Part shown: in pieces, positions 52,331 through 62,137 of the stretch
Layout of the letters: each line of letters starts with the position of its first letter
Numbering within the stretch: the stretch's first letter is position 1
NCBI GenBank assembly: GCA_937890135.1
Contig: CALBYC010000211.1
Coordinates: 1 to 62,137 of the forward strand
Length of the DNA: 62,137 nucleotides
Reading direction: 5' to 3'
Source of the DNA: an uncultured Parabacteroides sp.
GTDB lineage: Bacteria > Bacteroidota > Bacteroidia > Bacteroidales > Tannerellaceae
Program-made: the position numbers and the translations under genes
The notes under the pieces: generated by a model
Told to the model about the DNA's origin: nothing
The model's database searches: none
What the model saw: the letters and a program-made list of their open reading frames with translations, nothing else

Positions 52331-53443
52331 ATGCGCCTGTTCAGACACATTATTTATTGGTTTGTTTTCCTGTCAATGGGGATTCCTTTGGCTTATGCAC
52401 AAGGTAAAGCCCGGATAAACGTAACTTCGCAAGTCTATGACTTCGGGACAATCGAGGAGTCTGCGGGATTGGCTACCCATGTGTTTACGATTGAAAACCA
52501 AGGGGACGCTCCTTTGGTGATTACGCGAGTGACGGCATCATGTGGTTGCACGCGCCCAGAATGGACAAAAGCCCCGATTGAAGCAAATAAGACAGGGACT
52601 GTGGAAGTCACATATAATCCTGAGGGAAGACCCGGGCCCTTTTACAAAACTATTACAATCTTTAGCAATGCTGACAAGACCCGATATAATTTGGCGATTA
52701 AAGGATCTGTCGCACCTAAACCTAAAGTGCCGAAAATTACTTATCCGTATGCCATCGGTAACCTTAAATTACATGCCAAAAATGTTTTGTTCAACAATTT
52801 GAGGCAAAACGAGGCGTTGGGTGAAAAAATAAATATAAGGAATGAAGGGAATGCGTCCATGGAAATTTCCTTAGGCAAACTGCCGCATTATGTTACGGCA
52901 AGTGTTCAACCTGCTGTTTTAGCTCCCAATGAGGAGGGGGTGATTACTTTTCTGATGGATGGCCATCAGATTAAGCATAAAGGACGTTTGCAGTTGGACG
53001 TGCCTATGGAAGTGAAAGAAACGGGGAGCAAATCCATAAGTGGTGGGTTGAAGGTTGCTGCCAACGTGATAGATGATTTTAGTAAGATGTCCGCTAAGGA
53101 AAAAGGGAAAGGTGCCGTTATTCATATTTCAGGCTCTTTGTTGGATTTTGGGCAGATTTCATCTGGCAAAAACAGGATTCCTTTTGTGAATAATAAAGTG
53201 ACGGGGACTGTCGATATTACTAATCAAGGTAAGTCGGATTTGGTTATTTACAGTTTCTCTTCAGACAACGAGATAATCGGCATCAACCGTGGCAAAAAGG
53301 TTATTAAACCGGGCGAGACGACAACTTATAAGGTTTCGGTTCGTCCTAAAGATGTGAAGGTTAGATTGGAAGCTTTAGTTAATATTATTTGCAATGATCC
53401 TAACGGCCCGGTGCGTTTGTTAAAGGTTACTGCTTATAAATAA
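52331..53443 (+). CDS. Multi-domain DUF1573 secreted protein
   Basis: YDFGTI, ASCGCT, YNPEGRPGPF; further Ig-like domains. Confidence 0.85.
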   Translation: MRLFRHIIYWFVFLSMGIPLAYAQGKARINVTSQVYDFGTIEESAGLATHVFTIENQGDAPLVITRVTASCGCTRPEWTKAPIEANKTGTVEVTYNPEGRPGPFYKTITIFSNADKTRYNLAIKGSVAPKPKVPKITYPYAIGNLKLHAKNVLFNNLRQNEALGEKINIRNEGNASMEISLGKLPHYVTASVQPAVLAPNEEGVITFLMDGHQIKHKGRLQLDVPMEVKETGSKSISGGLKVAANVIDDFSKMSAKEKGKGAVIHISGSLLDFGQISSGKNRIPFVNNKVTGTVDITNQGKSDLVIYSFSSDNEIIGINRGKKVIKPGETTTYKVSVRPKDVKVRLEALVNIICNDPNGPVRLLKVTAYK

Positions 53444-53451
53444 AAGGAGGA

Positions 53452-54555
53452 ATGATCATGGAACATCCTGAAAATGATGATGCATATAAAGGATTGAAAG
53501 TAAACAAAGGTGTGGAAAACGTGCCTACTGTTAATCCGTATTTGAAAAAAAGGGTACAGCGTAAGCAGTACACGACATCTGAATTTGTTGACGGAATCTT
53601 GAAGGGAAATATTACAATCTTGAGCCAGGCTGTGACATTGGTAGAGAGTGCGAAATATGACCATCAACTGTTGGCTCAAGAAATTATAGAGAAATGCTTG
53701 CCGTATGCCGGAAACTCTGTGCGTATTGGCATTACCGGAGTGCCTGGTGCGGGGAAGAGTACGTCCATTGACTCGTTTGGCATGTACTTGTTGAAACAAG
53801 GGCACAAGTTGGCGGTCTTGGCAATCGACCCCAGCAGCGAGCGTTCCAAGGGTAGTATTTTGGGGGACAAGACAAGGATGGAGGCTCTGTCGAGAGAAAA
53901 AAATGCTTTTATCCGTCCTTCTCCTTCTGCTGGTTCGCTTGGCGGTGTTGCTCGTAAAACCCGGGAAACGATTATCTTGTGTGAAGCTGCGGGCTTTGAT
54001 ACGGTTTTCGTGGAAACTGTGGGCGTGGGACAAAGCGAAACGGCCGTTCATTCCATGGTGGACTTTTTTCTTTTGATACAGCTTGCTGGGACCGGAGATG
54101 AACTGCAAGGAATCAAACGAGGAATTATGGAAATGGCAGATGGCATCGTCATCAACAAGGCGGATGGTGACAATGTGGATAAGGCGCAGCTTGCCGCGGC
54201 GCAATACCGCAATGCGCTACATCTTTTTCCGTTGGCGGAATCGGGTTGGTCTCCAAAAGTCTTGACGTATTCCGGGTATTATAACTTAGGCATTAAGGAA
54301 ATCTGGGATATGGTGTATGAGTATGTGGCATTTACCAAGAAGAACGGCTATTTCGAGCATAAAAGGCGCGAACAGTCTAAATATTGGATGTATGAAAGCA
54401 TTAATGACACATTGCGTGATACTTTCTATAATAATCCTGCAGTTCAAGCCAACTTGATGCAAACGGAACGTATGGTTTTGGATAATGAGATTACTCCATT
54501 TGTGGCAGCGAAACGAATGATTGACCTCTTGTTGAATGATTTGAGGAAGAAATGA
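53452..54555 (+). CDS. meaB: Methylmalonyl-CoA mutase-associated GTPase
   Basis: GITGVPGAGKST, DPSS, GDKTRM, ETVGVGQSE, NKAD; alternative start 53458. Confidence 0.95.
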   Translation: MIMEHPENDDAYKGLKVNKGVENVPTVNPYLKKRVQRKQYTTSEFVDGILKGNITILSQAVTLVESAKYDHQLLAQEIIEKCLPYAGNSVRIGITGVPGAGKSTSIDSFGMYLLKQGHKLAVLAIDPSSERSKGSILGDKTRMEALSREKNAFIRPSPSAGSLGGVARKTRETIILCEAAGFDTVFVETVGVGQSETAVHSMVDFFLLIQLAGTGDELQGIKRGIMEMADGIVINKADGDNVDKAQLAAAQYRNALHLFPLAESGWSPKVLTYSGYYNLGIKEIWDMVYEYVAFTKKNGYFEHKRREQSKYWMYESINDTLRDTFYNNPAVQANLMQTERMVLDNEITPFVAAKRMIDLLLNDLRKK

Positions 54556-54563
54556 AATTAACT

Positions 54564-54619
54564 TATAATGAGCGGGAATGCGTAGGGCTATGAAAAAATA
54601 GCGCATTCCGCTCATTATA
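54564..54619. terminator. Hairpin between convergent genes
   Basis: TATAATGAGCGG / CCGCTCATTATA arms. Confidence 0.6.
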
Positions 54620-54627
54620 GTTAGAAA

Positions 54628-55986
54628 TCATGCTAATTGTGCTGTCAGCTCTTCCAAAGTCACAGGCTTCTGTTCTCCAGTAATCATATTTTTCAAAGTG
54701 ATTTTCCCTTCATTCATTTCGGTTTCTCCGACAATGGCTACGAATGGAATCTTCTTTGCGTCTGCATATCCCATCTGTTTCTTCACCTTTGCAGATTCGG
54801 GGTATAGTTCCGTGCGGATGCCTGCCGCGCGCACTTGGGCAACGATAGGAAGCAGGTAGGCTTCTTCTTTCTCTCCAAAGTTTATGAAAAGCAACTGGGT
54901 CGTTTGTAATGCATCTTTGGGGTATAATTCCAATTGGTTAAGTACGTCAAAGATGCGGTCAGCTCCGAAAGAGATGCCTACTCCGGAAACTCCATCCATT
55001 CCAAACACTCCTGTCAGATTATCGTAACGTCCGCCTCCTGTAATGCTGCCAATCTGTACATCCAGGGCTTTTACTTCAAAAATGGCTCCAGTATAGTAAT
55101 TTAATCCGCGCGCCAAGGTCAAATCCAACTCTAACTGGGAGCGCATTGCGAATTTGTCAACCCGGTTCAGGATGAATTCTAATTCGTTTATGCCTTTTAG
55201 TCCTATTTCCGAATGGGCCAATATCTGCTTGAGCGAATCGATTTTTTCATGATTGCTTCCGCTTAACATGATGACTGGTTGCAATTTTTGGATGGCTTCT
55301 TCTGAAAGTCCTTTGGTACGGAGCTCTTCGTTCACATTGTCAAGGCCTATCTTATCCAGCTTGTCAATTGCAACTGTGATGTCCACAATCATTTCTGACG
55401 CACCCAATGTCTCGGCTATACCTGCCAAAATCTTTCGGTTGTTCATTTTTATGCAGACGCGGATTCCAAAGCGGTGGAACACTTCATCCATTATTTGTAT
55501 CAGTTCTACTTCATTGATCAAAGAGTCTGATCCGACCACATCTCCATCGCATTGGTAAAATTCGCGGTACCTTCCTTTTTGCGGGCGGTCTGCGCGCCAT
55601 ACGGGCTGTATTTGATAACGCTTGAACGGGAATGAAATTTCATTGCGATGTTGGACCACATAGCGGGCGAAAGGAACTGTCAAATCATATCTTAGTCCTT
55701 TTTCGCAAGCTTTGGCCGCAAATTTGACCGGGTCCATCTCTTCCAATTCTTCTTTGCTGATGCCTGAAAAGCAATTTCCGGAGTTCAGGATTTTGTATAG
55801 CAGCTTGTCCCCTTCTTCGCCATATTTGCCCATCAACGTGGAAAGGTTCTCCATGGCTGGAGTCTCTATTTGCTGAAATCCGTATAAATGATACACATCA
55901 CGGATGGTATTGAAAATATAATTGCGTTTCGCCATTTCTTCCGGCGAAAAGTCCCTAGTCCCTTTGGGTATTGAAGGCTTCTGCAT
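54628..55986 (-). CDS. hisS: Histidine--tRNA ligase
   Basis: [38 protein letters not shown]. Confidence 0.98.
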   Translation of the reverse strand: MQKPSIPKGTRDFSPEEMAKRNYIFNTIRDVYHLYGFQQIETPAMENLSTLMGKYGEEGDKLLYKILNSGNCFSGISKEELEEMDPVKFAAKACEKGLRYDLTVPFARYVVQHRNEISFPFKRYQIQPVWRADRPQKGRYREFYQCDGDVVGSDSLINEVELIQIMDEVFHRFGIRVCIKMNNRKILAGIAETLGASEMIVDITVAIDKLDKIGLDNVNEELRTKGLSEEAIQKLQPVIMLSGSNHEKIDSLKQILAHSEIGLKGINELEFILNRVDKFAMRSQLELDLTLARGLNYYTGAIFEVKALDVQIGSITGGGRYDNLTGVFGMDGVSGVGISFGADRIFDVLNQLELYPKDALQTTQLLFINFGEKEEAYLLPIVAQVRAAGIRTELYPESAKVKKQMGYADAKKIPFVAIVGETEMNEGKITLKNMITGEQKPVTLEELTAQLA

Positions 55987-56218
55987 ATCTTTTTATTTTA
56001 AATTTCTCACAAAAGTAATGCTTTTTTCAGAAACAGTGCAACTTTCTGATGCTGTATTTACAACCATTTATTACTCAATGCTTTGCAAATAATAAGTCGG
56101 CATTTTTTGTCAAAGTGACTGTATCTCAGAAAGAAGGAACTATAATGCGTGTGTGTAGTTGATTATTTCTTTCTGGGAATTTATCTTTGAGAACAGAGTT
56201 CCCGCAGTAGAATAAACA

Positions 56219-56256
56219 ATAAAAGGACTGACTCTGATTGAAACTCGAGTCAGTCC
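56219..56256 (-). terminator. Intrinsic terminator of the efflux operon
   Basis: GGACTGACTC / GAGTCAGTCC stem followed by TTTT on the minus strand. Confidence 0.7.
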
Positions 56257-56301
56257 CATATTTGATGTGGCACGCTACAAGGAGTTGGAATTACAGTCTC
56301 T

Positions 56302-57927
56302 TTACTTCCTTCTTGCAAGGTACTCAATGGCATAAACTGGCCAGCGGGGAACTTTTCGGATATTTGTACGGACTGTAGGAATGTTGCACAGCAGGAAGAG
56401 GGCTGCAAGAATTAAGGCGAACCAGATAACATAGCCGTATACCTGTTTCATTGCCACCATCATCATGGAGTGCAGGAAGTCATGCCCAACATACTCGCCG
56501 AAGTTAAAGTGAGCCATATCCAAGTGTGTGAGGGTGATTTGCTGTCCGTAGTTCATCATGTTGTCGTTCATAAAGTGCGAGAAAATGGTGGTATAAATAC
56601 CATAACCTGCCGCTCCAGCCAAATACATGTGGAGAATATTGAACACGAACAAGCCCATGAAAAACTGTTCAAGACTGGGTACCGATTCATCTAAAGCCCA
56701 CATTAATGTCGGGGCAAGTATGGCATAAGCAAAGCCGCGCAAGAAGATAGCAAGGCGGTACTGTTCGATATTGACATTCATGTCCAGCGTGAAGTACATC
56801 AACATACCATAGAATGCAATGCTAATGAAAGCGATTCCGAAAAGTTTCCATATCTTCCATTTCCTAACTTTCAGCCAATAGAGATCCAGCAGGATGCCGA
56901 CGTACATACCGGGAAGTGCCCACATATACTGCACCTCTTTAGTCAGTTCCTCCAGTTGAACGACTTCGCTGTAAAGTATCTCCTCCATTGTGTGTTCTGC
57001 ACCGAAAGCAAGTTCGGCAAAGAAAGTAACAATGAGTATGGGAATCACGTTGCGACGTGTGAAAAGACTAAGCTCGACGTAAGGATAACGGTAGTAACGC
57101 AGACGGAAAAGCACAATGCCGGAAAGCACAATGGCAGCACCAGACAGAATACGTATGCGAAGTGTGTCAAACCACATGAAATAGTCGCCATATACCACGA
57201 TGTACGACACTACGAGCATCAGTCCGCAGATGAGCAACGCACCTTGAAAGTCAATTCCTTTGAGTGACAGACGTTGGGGCATGGGACAGAACGGACGACA
57301 AAAGATGACTTGCGTGAACAGTACGAACAGCATGGTGCCGATAGTAAAGACGTGCATCATCTGCCAAGTAAAATGATGACCAAACCAAGCTGCAAGCCAT
57401 CCATTGCCCTCAATGGCGGTGAGCAGGATGATGTGGAGCACAGGAAAGAAGACGGCAAAATCACGCCGGGGGGTAATCCAAAGCTGGATGTTGCTCATAC
57501 ACTCGAACGTGCCTTGTATCTTAGCCATTCCGGCTACGAAACACACCACGGTGAGTACAGGAAGCGACTGACAATACATTGTCAGCGCATTGCATATGCC
57601 AAGGACGATAGCAGAACCGCAAAGCAACTGCTTGTTTGTGAAACGGAACTTCATGCGGAAAAGCATAGGAAAATAGACAGCCATACCCGCAAGTGTGGCA
57701 TAAAGCAGGAAGAGTACATCCTCAATCATGAAGTTGGTCGTACCACGGATGCCATCCAACGCTCCAAGGTAAACACCACCGCTGAACTGGAAGCAAAGGG
57801 CGGTTAGTACGTACAGCCATGGCTGGATACGGCGAGGCACCCATCCCTTCATCATCGGCATGGAAAAGCCCATGTTGGGGGGAGGACCGCCGGCACTCTC
57901 CATAAAAAACTCAGTCAATTGTCCCAT
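56302..57927 (-). CDS. EmrB-like MFS inner-membrane efflux protein
   Basis: 541 aa with many hydrophobic segments; downstream of HlyD and TolC genes. Confidence 0.7.
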   Translation of the reverse strand: MGQLTEFFMESAGGPPPNMGFSMPMMKGWVPRRIQPWLYVLTALCFQFSGGVYLGALDGIRGTTNFMIEDVLFLLYATLAGMAVYFPMLFRMKFRFTNKQLLCGSAIVLGICNALTMYCQSLPVLTVVCFVAGMAKIQGTFECMSNIQLWITPRRDFAVFFPVLHIILLTAIEGNGWLAAWFGHHFTWQMMHVFTIGTMLFVLFTQVIFCRPFCPMPQRLSLKGIDFQGALLICGLMLVVSYIVVYGDYFMWFDTLRIRILSGAAIVLSGIVLFRLRYYRYPYVELSLFTRRNVIPILIVTFFAELAFGAEHTMEEILYSEVVQLEELTKEVQYMWALPGMYVGILLDLYWLKVRKWKIWKLFGIAFISIAFYGMLMYFTLDMNVNIEQYRLAIFLRGFAYAILAPTLMWALDESVPSLEQFFMGLFVFNILHMYLAGAAGYGIYTTIFSHFMNDNMMNYGQQITLTHLDMAHFNFGEYVGHDFLHSMMMVAMKQVYGYVIWFALILAALFLLCNIPTVRTNIRKVPRWPVYAIEYLARRK

Positions 57928-57933
57928 TGCGCA

Positions 57934-58962
57934 TTACTCCTTCACGATACATTCCACATTATAGCCGCTCTTGAGCTTGGTGGCATTACTATTTGTGTCA
58001 AGCTTGATGCGCACGGTAACACGCTGCTCTACCTTCACAAAATTGCCAGTGGCATTGTCGATGGGAATGAGTGAGAAGGCACTACCAGTAGCATCGGAGA
58101 TGCGTTCCACTGTACCCGTATATTCCACATCTGGAACAGCGTCAGCTGTAATTTCCACCTTATTGCCCACCTTGATATGTGGCAACTGACTTTCCTTGTA
58201 GTTCGCCTCAATCCAACGTTCATTCTTGTCAACGATACTCACTAGAGTCTGACCCGGATTGACAAGCTGCCCCACATGAATATCCTTTGCGCCTACAGTA
58301 CCATCGCAAGTAGCAATGATGTAACAATAGGACAGGTTGAGCCGGGCGAGGTCGACTGCACGACGAGCCAGTTCAATGCCCTGCTCCGAAGCAGAAAGAT
58401 GATGCCCTTGTTCGGCTACCACAGCCGACTGCATCCGGCGTGAACGAACTGCCTGTTCATAGGCTGCCTTGGCACTCAGATACCCCGTATGTACCTTGTC
58501 ATATTGTTGTGGAGTGACGGCATCCTGACTGAGGAGGTTTTTGAAACGCTTATCCTCACGCATGGCATTCTCCATCTGTGCACGTGCCGATTCGATACCT
58601 GCCTCGGTAACGGTCATGCTAGTCTTGGTTGTAACGATGCTGCTTGCCGTTCCCTGCGAACCCTGTTCGGCACGGAGAAGGTTTGTCTCAGCCTGAGCTA
58701 GCCGCAGACGGAATTCCGCATCCTCAATGATGACCAGTGTGTCCCCTTTCTTTACCTGCTGGAAATCAGTGAAACGCACCTCACGAATGAAGCCTTGTAC
58801 ACGGCTGCTCTGAGGCACGACATTCTGACGAACACGGGCATTGTCAGTAAATTCTCCACTGCCGAAGTGCATAAACTGACTTATCACATAAACTGCTCCA
58901 CCCAAAAAGCAAAGCACGATGAGTGCATTATATAAATAAGTGTATATTTTGTTCTTTTCCAT
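57934..58962 (-). CDS. HlyD/EmrA family periplasmic adaptor
   Basis: FTDNA, VQGFI, VKKGDTL, GSAFSLIPIDNATGNFVKVEQR. Confidence 0.93.
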   Translation of the reverse strand: MEKNKIYTYLYNALIVLCFLGGAVYVISQFMHFGSGEFTDNARVRQNVVPQSSRVQGFIREVRFTDFQQVKKGDTLVIIEDAEFRLRLAQAETNLLRAEQGSQGTASSIVTTKTSMTVTEAGIESARAQMENAMREDKRFKNLLSQDAVTPQQYDKVHTGYLSAKAAYEQAVRSRRMQSAVVAEQGHHLSASEQGIELARRAVDLARLNLSYCYIIATCDGTVGAKDIHVGQLVNPGQTLVSIVDKNERWIEANYKESQLPHIKVGNKVEITADAVPDVEYTGTVERISDATGSAFSLIPIDNATGNFVKVEQRVTVRIKLDTNSNATKLKSGYNVECIVKE

Positions 58963-58964
58963 TA

Positions 58965-60321
58965 TTATAAAGTATTTGTTACATATTTGAGTTTATAGAA
59001 ATGATAAAGCATACTGATACGGGCATTGACTAGTGCCATTTCGGCAGAGAGCTTCATGTTAGAGGCATCAACCATATCGGTAAGGAGTGCGAGGTCGTTC
59101 TGATAACGGTTCTGCACCACGGAGTAGTTCTGATTAGCAAGTTCCACCTGCTTTTGCTGCGTCTTTACCTCGGTATAGGATGTCAGAAGGTTGGTGTAGT
59201 TTGCCTGTACACCATTTTCCACCCCTTCACGTGCCAAGGCGAGTGCTTCCTGTGACTGCCGGTGCTCTATACGTGCTTTGCGAATATTGTGTTTATTCTT
59301 CCAAAGACTGCCAAGGCTGAATTTTACGCCTATTCCGACAAACCACACGTTTACATTGCAATCTTTCGGAATGAGGTCTTGCGTATAGGGCCCAAAGAAC
59401 TGATTTTCTGCTACGACAGCTACCGAAGGTAATGACGCAGCTTTAGCCTGCTTCACTTTCTGCTTTGCAAGATTTGTGGCAACTGTTGCCTGATGGATAC
59501 CAATGTTATTGTCTGATGCTGCCTGTTGCCATGTTTCTTGAGCAGCGATTGCCGAGAGCGCATTTATGTCTGTGTCAAGTTCATTTTTATCGGGGACTAT
59601 AACCGTCTGCTCTGGTAAATGAAGTGTCGTGACCAACAGATGGTTGATGATGGTGGAAGCATCAATGAGCTTCGTTAATGTGAGTTCGAGACTCTGTAAC
59701 TGAAATTCATAGCGGGTGATGTCGTTCTGCAATACTGTACCTTCCCCACGACGGGCTTTCATTTGTTCAATCTCCTTATGTGTCAGCGCTATATTTTGCC
59801 GAACCACCTCTACCTGATTGCCCAGTTTGCAGAGGTCAAGGTAATAACCCGTCAACAAGAAACGTACCTCTTGGCGGTTCTTCTCAACATCAAGTTCTGC
59901 CATTTCTCTTCCCAGTTCCGCCATGCGGATGCCAGAACGGATGGCACCTCCAGCATACACAACTTGTGACACCTGAGCTGTAAAACTGTTCCCCCAGTGG
60001 GGAGTATCCTGCTTACCGTTTGCAATGGGAACAACTCCTACAGCCTCGCGACAGCATAAAGGCATTGCCCGTATAACTGCCCTGAATACTCAAATCCACA
60101 CTCGGCAGCAAAGCCGATTTGGCTGTTGCTACCCCTTCATCGGCTGCCTGCAAAGCTACCTCACTTACTTTCACCATCTGACTTTGCTGGTCAGCAAGGT
60201 TGTAAAGTGTTGTGAGTGTCATTGTCTGCATAGCCCTCCCTTGCGCACATATAGGCACAGAAAGACCCCCTTCGACTATCAATGTGATAGCCAAAGCAGG
60301 ATAAACCATAAATTTGTTCAT
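58965..60321 (-). pseudogene. TolC family outer-membrane efflux protein split by a frameshift near 60042
   Basis: ORF 60013-60321 has the signal and AKSALLPSVDL; ORF 58965-60065 has VYAGG, YYLDL, AKAASLPSV, RYQNDLALLTDMVDA; the two lie in different frames. Confidence 0.85.
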
Positions 60322-60522
60322 AAAATAAAAACAGATATATTGTTGTTCATTATTCTTTTCCTTTAACCGTCAACCTTCGTTCATTCCCTTGGAAATGCTA
60401 ATAATGAACCTTAAGAGTCCGGACAGCATTACATCTGCCACAATGCTCCACAAACAGTTTCATCAGGGAATATAAAAAGATGAGAACTGAATATCAAGCA
60501 CTATTGATTAAGAAATCCGATG

Positions 60523-60530
60523 CAAAATTA
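60523..60530 (-). promoter_or_regulatory. Bacteroidetes -7 promoter element for the efflux operon
   Basis: TAATTTTG on the minus strand, about 200 nt upstream of the tolC start. Confidence 0.45.
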
Positions 60531-60810
60531 CAAATAAAAAATTGAAATAGAATTGAGGAAATCAAATTTAAATCGGAATAGAATGTGGCAGAGGAAAGCC
60601 CGTAAATCTGTTCTGCTCCGTTTGGCTTCCGCCTGACAAGCCTCGCTGCAATACCTCTGTACCACGCTTCGGGTTACAAATGGCTGCCGCAAAAACTGCA
60701 TTTACTGGTTGTTTTCATGATTGTTGGTTGGGCTTGATCGAATGTCATACTTAGAGTTTATAATGTGCCAATATTTGCATATCTTTGCGGGCAAAGACAA
60801 GAATGAAAGT

Positions 60811-61896
60811 ATGGAAATAGCAGCATTGGTTTCGGGCGGCGTAGATAGCTCTGTCGTTGTTCACATGTTGAAGGAGGCGGGTTATGACCCTACTATTTTC
60901 TATATCCGCATCGGTATGGAAGATAAGGATGGGTATATTGATTGCCCTGCGGAGGAAGATATAGAAATAACTTCTTATATAGCCAAAAAATATGGTTGCC
61001 GGTTTGAGCAGGTTTCTCTGCATGACGAATATTGGGAAAAAGTTGTCAGCTATACAATTGATTCTGTTAAACGTGGATTGACTCCTAATCCGGATATGAT
61101 GTGCAATAAATTTATCAAATTTGGCTGTTTCGAGGAGAAATGGGGGAAGGATTTTGATAAAATTGCGACTGGTCACTATGCCACCACGACGGAAATAGAT
61201 GGGAAAGTTTGGTTGTCTACAGCGAAAGACCCTGTTAAGGATCAAACTGATTTCTTGGGTCAAATTACTCGGTTGCAGATACAGAAGTTATTGTTTCCAA
61301 TCGGGCATTTGATGAAGAGCGAGGTTCGTGCTATTGCGGAAGCTCAAAAATTGCCCAGTGCCAAGCGGAAAGATAGCCAAGGCATTTGCTTCTTAGGAAA
61401 GATAAACTACAATGATTTTATCGAACGATATTTGGGACGTAGGCCCGGGAAGATTGTTGAACTGGAGACGGGTAAAGTCGTAGGTAGGCATAACGGCTAT
61501 TGGTTTCATACCATAGGCCAGCGAAAAGGTTTAGGACTGAGTGGTGGACCTTGGTTTGTAATCAAGAAAGATATCCGTAGAAATATTATATATGTTTCAA
61601 ATGGTTATGATCCGGAAACTCAGTACGGTAGAACGATTAACATGCATGGCTTTGATTTCATAACAGAAGATCCGTGGGGGGAATTTGAGGATGCTAAAGA
61701 GATTACATTCAAGATTCGCCATACGCCTGAGTTTACGCATGGGGTGATCCGCCGGATTGGGGATATCTATCGTATTGAATCGGATGAGAAGATTCAAGGC
61801 ATTGCTTCCGGGCAATATGGTGTGGTGTATGATAAAGACCATCATCTCTGCTTAGGTAGCGGCATGATATGTGAAGACCAAAAAGGTCAGGAGTGA
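60811..61896 (+). CDS. mnmA: tRNA-specific 2-thiouridylase
   Basis: [48 protein letters not shown] at 60780. Confidence 0.96.
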   Translation: MEIAALVSGGVDSSVVVHMLKEAGYDPTIFYIRIGMEDKDGYIDCPAEEDIEITSYIAKKYGCRFEQVSLHDEYWEKVVSYTIDSVKRGLTPNPDMMCNKFIKFGCFEEKWGKDFDKIATGHYATTTEIDGKVWLSTAKDPVKDQTDFLGQITRLQIQKLLFPIGHLMKSEVRAIAEAQKLPSAKRKDSQGICFLGKINYNDFIERYLGRRPGKIVELETGKVVGRHNGYWFHTIGQRKGLGLSGGPWFVIKKDIRRNIIYVSNGYDPETQYGRTINMHGFDFITEDPWGEFEDAKEITFKIRHTPEFTHGVIRRIGDIYRIESDEKIQGIASGQYGVVYDKDHHLCLGSGMICEDQKGQE

Positions 61897-61927
61897 TTTT
61901 GGTCTTTTGATTCCTGATAAAAATAAA

Positions 61928-62015
61928 AACGTCCGCAGGCAAACGGGGAAAAAGCGGTGACGAATTCCGGGAACGGCCGTGACGATTCGGGGAAAAGGTT
62001 GCGTCCGTTTCCCAA
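61928..62015. repeat. Degenerate 22-bp-period tandem array adjoining element copy B
   Basis: Units at 61928, 61950 AAAAGCGGTGACGAATTCCGGG, 61972 AACGGCCGTGACGATTCGGGGA, 61994 AAAGGTTGCGTCCGTTTCCCAA. Confidence 0.6.
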
Positions 62016-62049
62016 TGCGTGGGAGAGGTTCGGGGTTAGAACCGGCCCC

Positions 62050-62137
62050 GGTGAGACCGAAACATGCTGTGGCATAGCCCTTTAATGGGTCATCTCTCAC
62101 CTTCCCCGGCATCTCTCACCCATCTCTCACCGGAAGC
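62050..62137. repeat. GGTGAGAGAT-box intergenic element, copy B (inverted relative to copy A; probably continues beyond the window)
   Basis: GGTGAGACC 62050-62058; ATCTCTCACC at 62092, 62111, 62122. Confidence 0.8.

Larger units (their letters stand above)
56052..60705. mobile_element. Probable acquired efflux cassette or mobile-element remnant (no integrase present)
   Basis: Self-contained TolC-HlyD-MFS unit between divergent hisS and mnmA, flanked by a 9/10 direct repeat CTGTATTTAC / CTGCATTTAC; TolC disrupted. Confidence 0.4.

Noticed and set aside
53434..54204. 256-aa minus-strand ORF and similar long antisense ORFs (10472-11074 same strand, 18730-19335, 24397-25020, 25262-25867)
   Set aside because: Shadows or alternate frames of well-supported genes, with no recognisable motifs
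61852..62112. Short minus-strand ORFs at the window end
   Set aside because: They read through the repeat element and overlap the mnmA end

Overview
Bacteroidales chromosomal segment, probably Parabacteroides/Tannerellaceae-like (inferred from protein style, TAnnTTTG promoters and a SusC/SusD pair). Most of it is housekeeping and envelope genes: namZ, yidC, pyrG, kdsB, alpha-2-macroglobulin-pbpC, trxA, dnaE, mnmD, purL, murQ with a sugar kinase, class I fumarase, meaB, hisS, mnmA, and one tRNA-Thr(CGT). Two genes are frameshifted: a SusC/RagA-like receptor and the TolC of a probably acquired TolC-HlyD-MFS efflux cassette between hisS and mnmA. The most unusual signal is non-coding. A dispersed intergenic element occurs twice in opposite orientation (29065-29146 and 62050-62131). 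Each copy has three GGTGAGAGAT boxes plus an inverted GGTCTCACC, with identical 1/9/33-nt spacing but diverged spacers, and each adjoins a degenerate 22-bp-period array; a third such array follows the tRNA. Other notable items are a stand-alone RelA/SpoT-domain protein lacking the usual GYxxxH motif, a consensus sigma-54 promoter before a META lipoprotein, and an orphan ATP-grasp-like protein. I saw no CRISPR array, integrase or transposase. All calls come from motif recognition without database searches.
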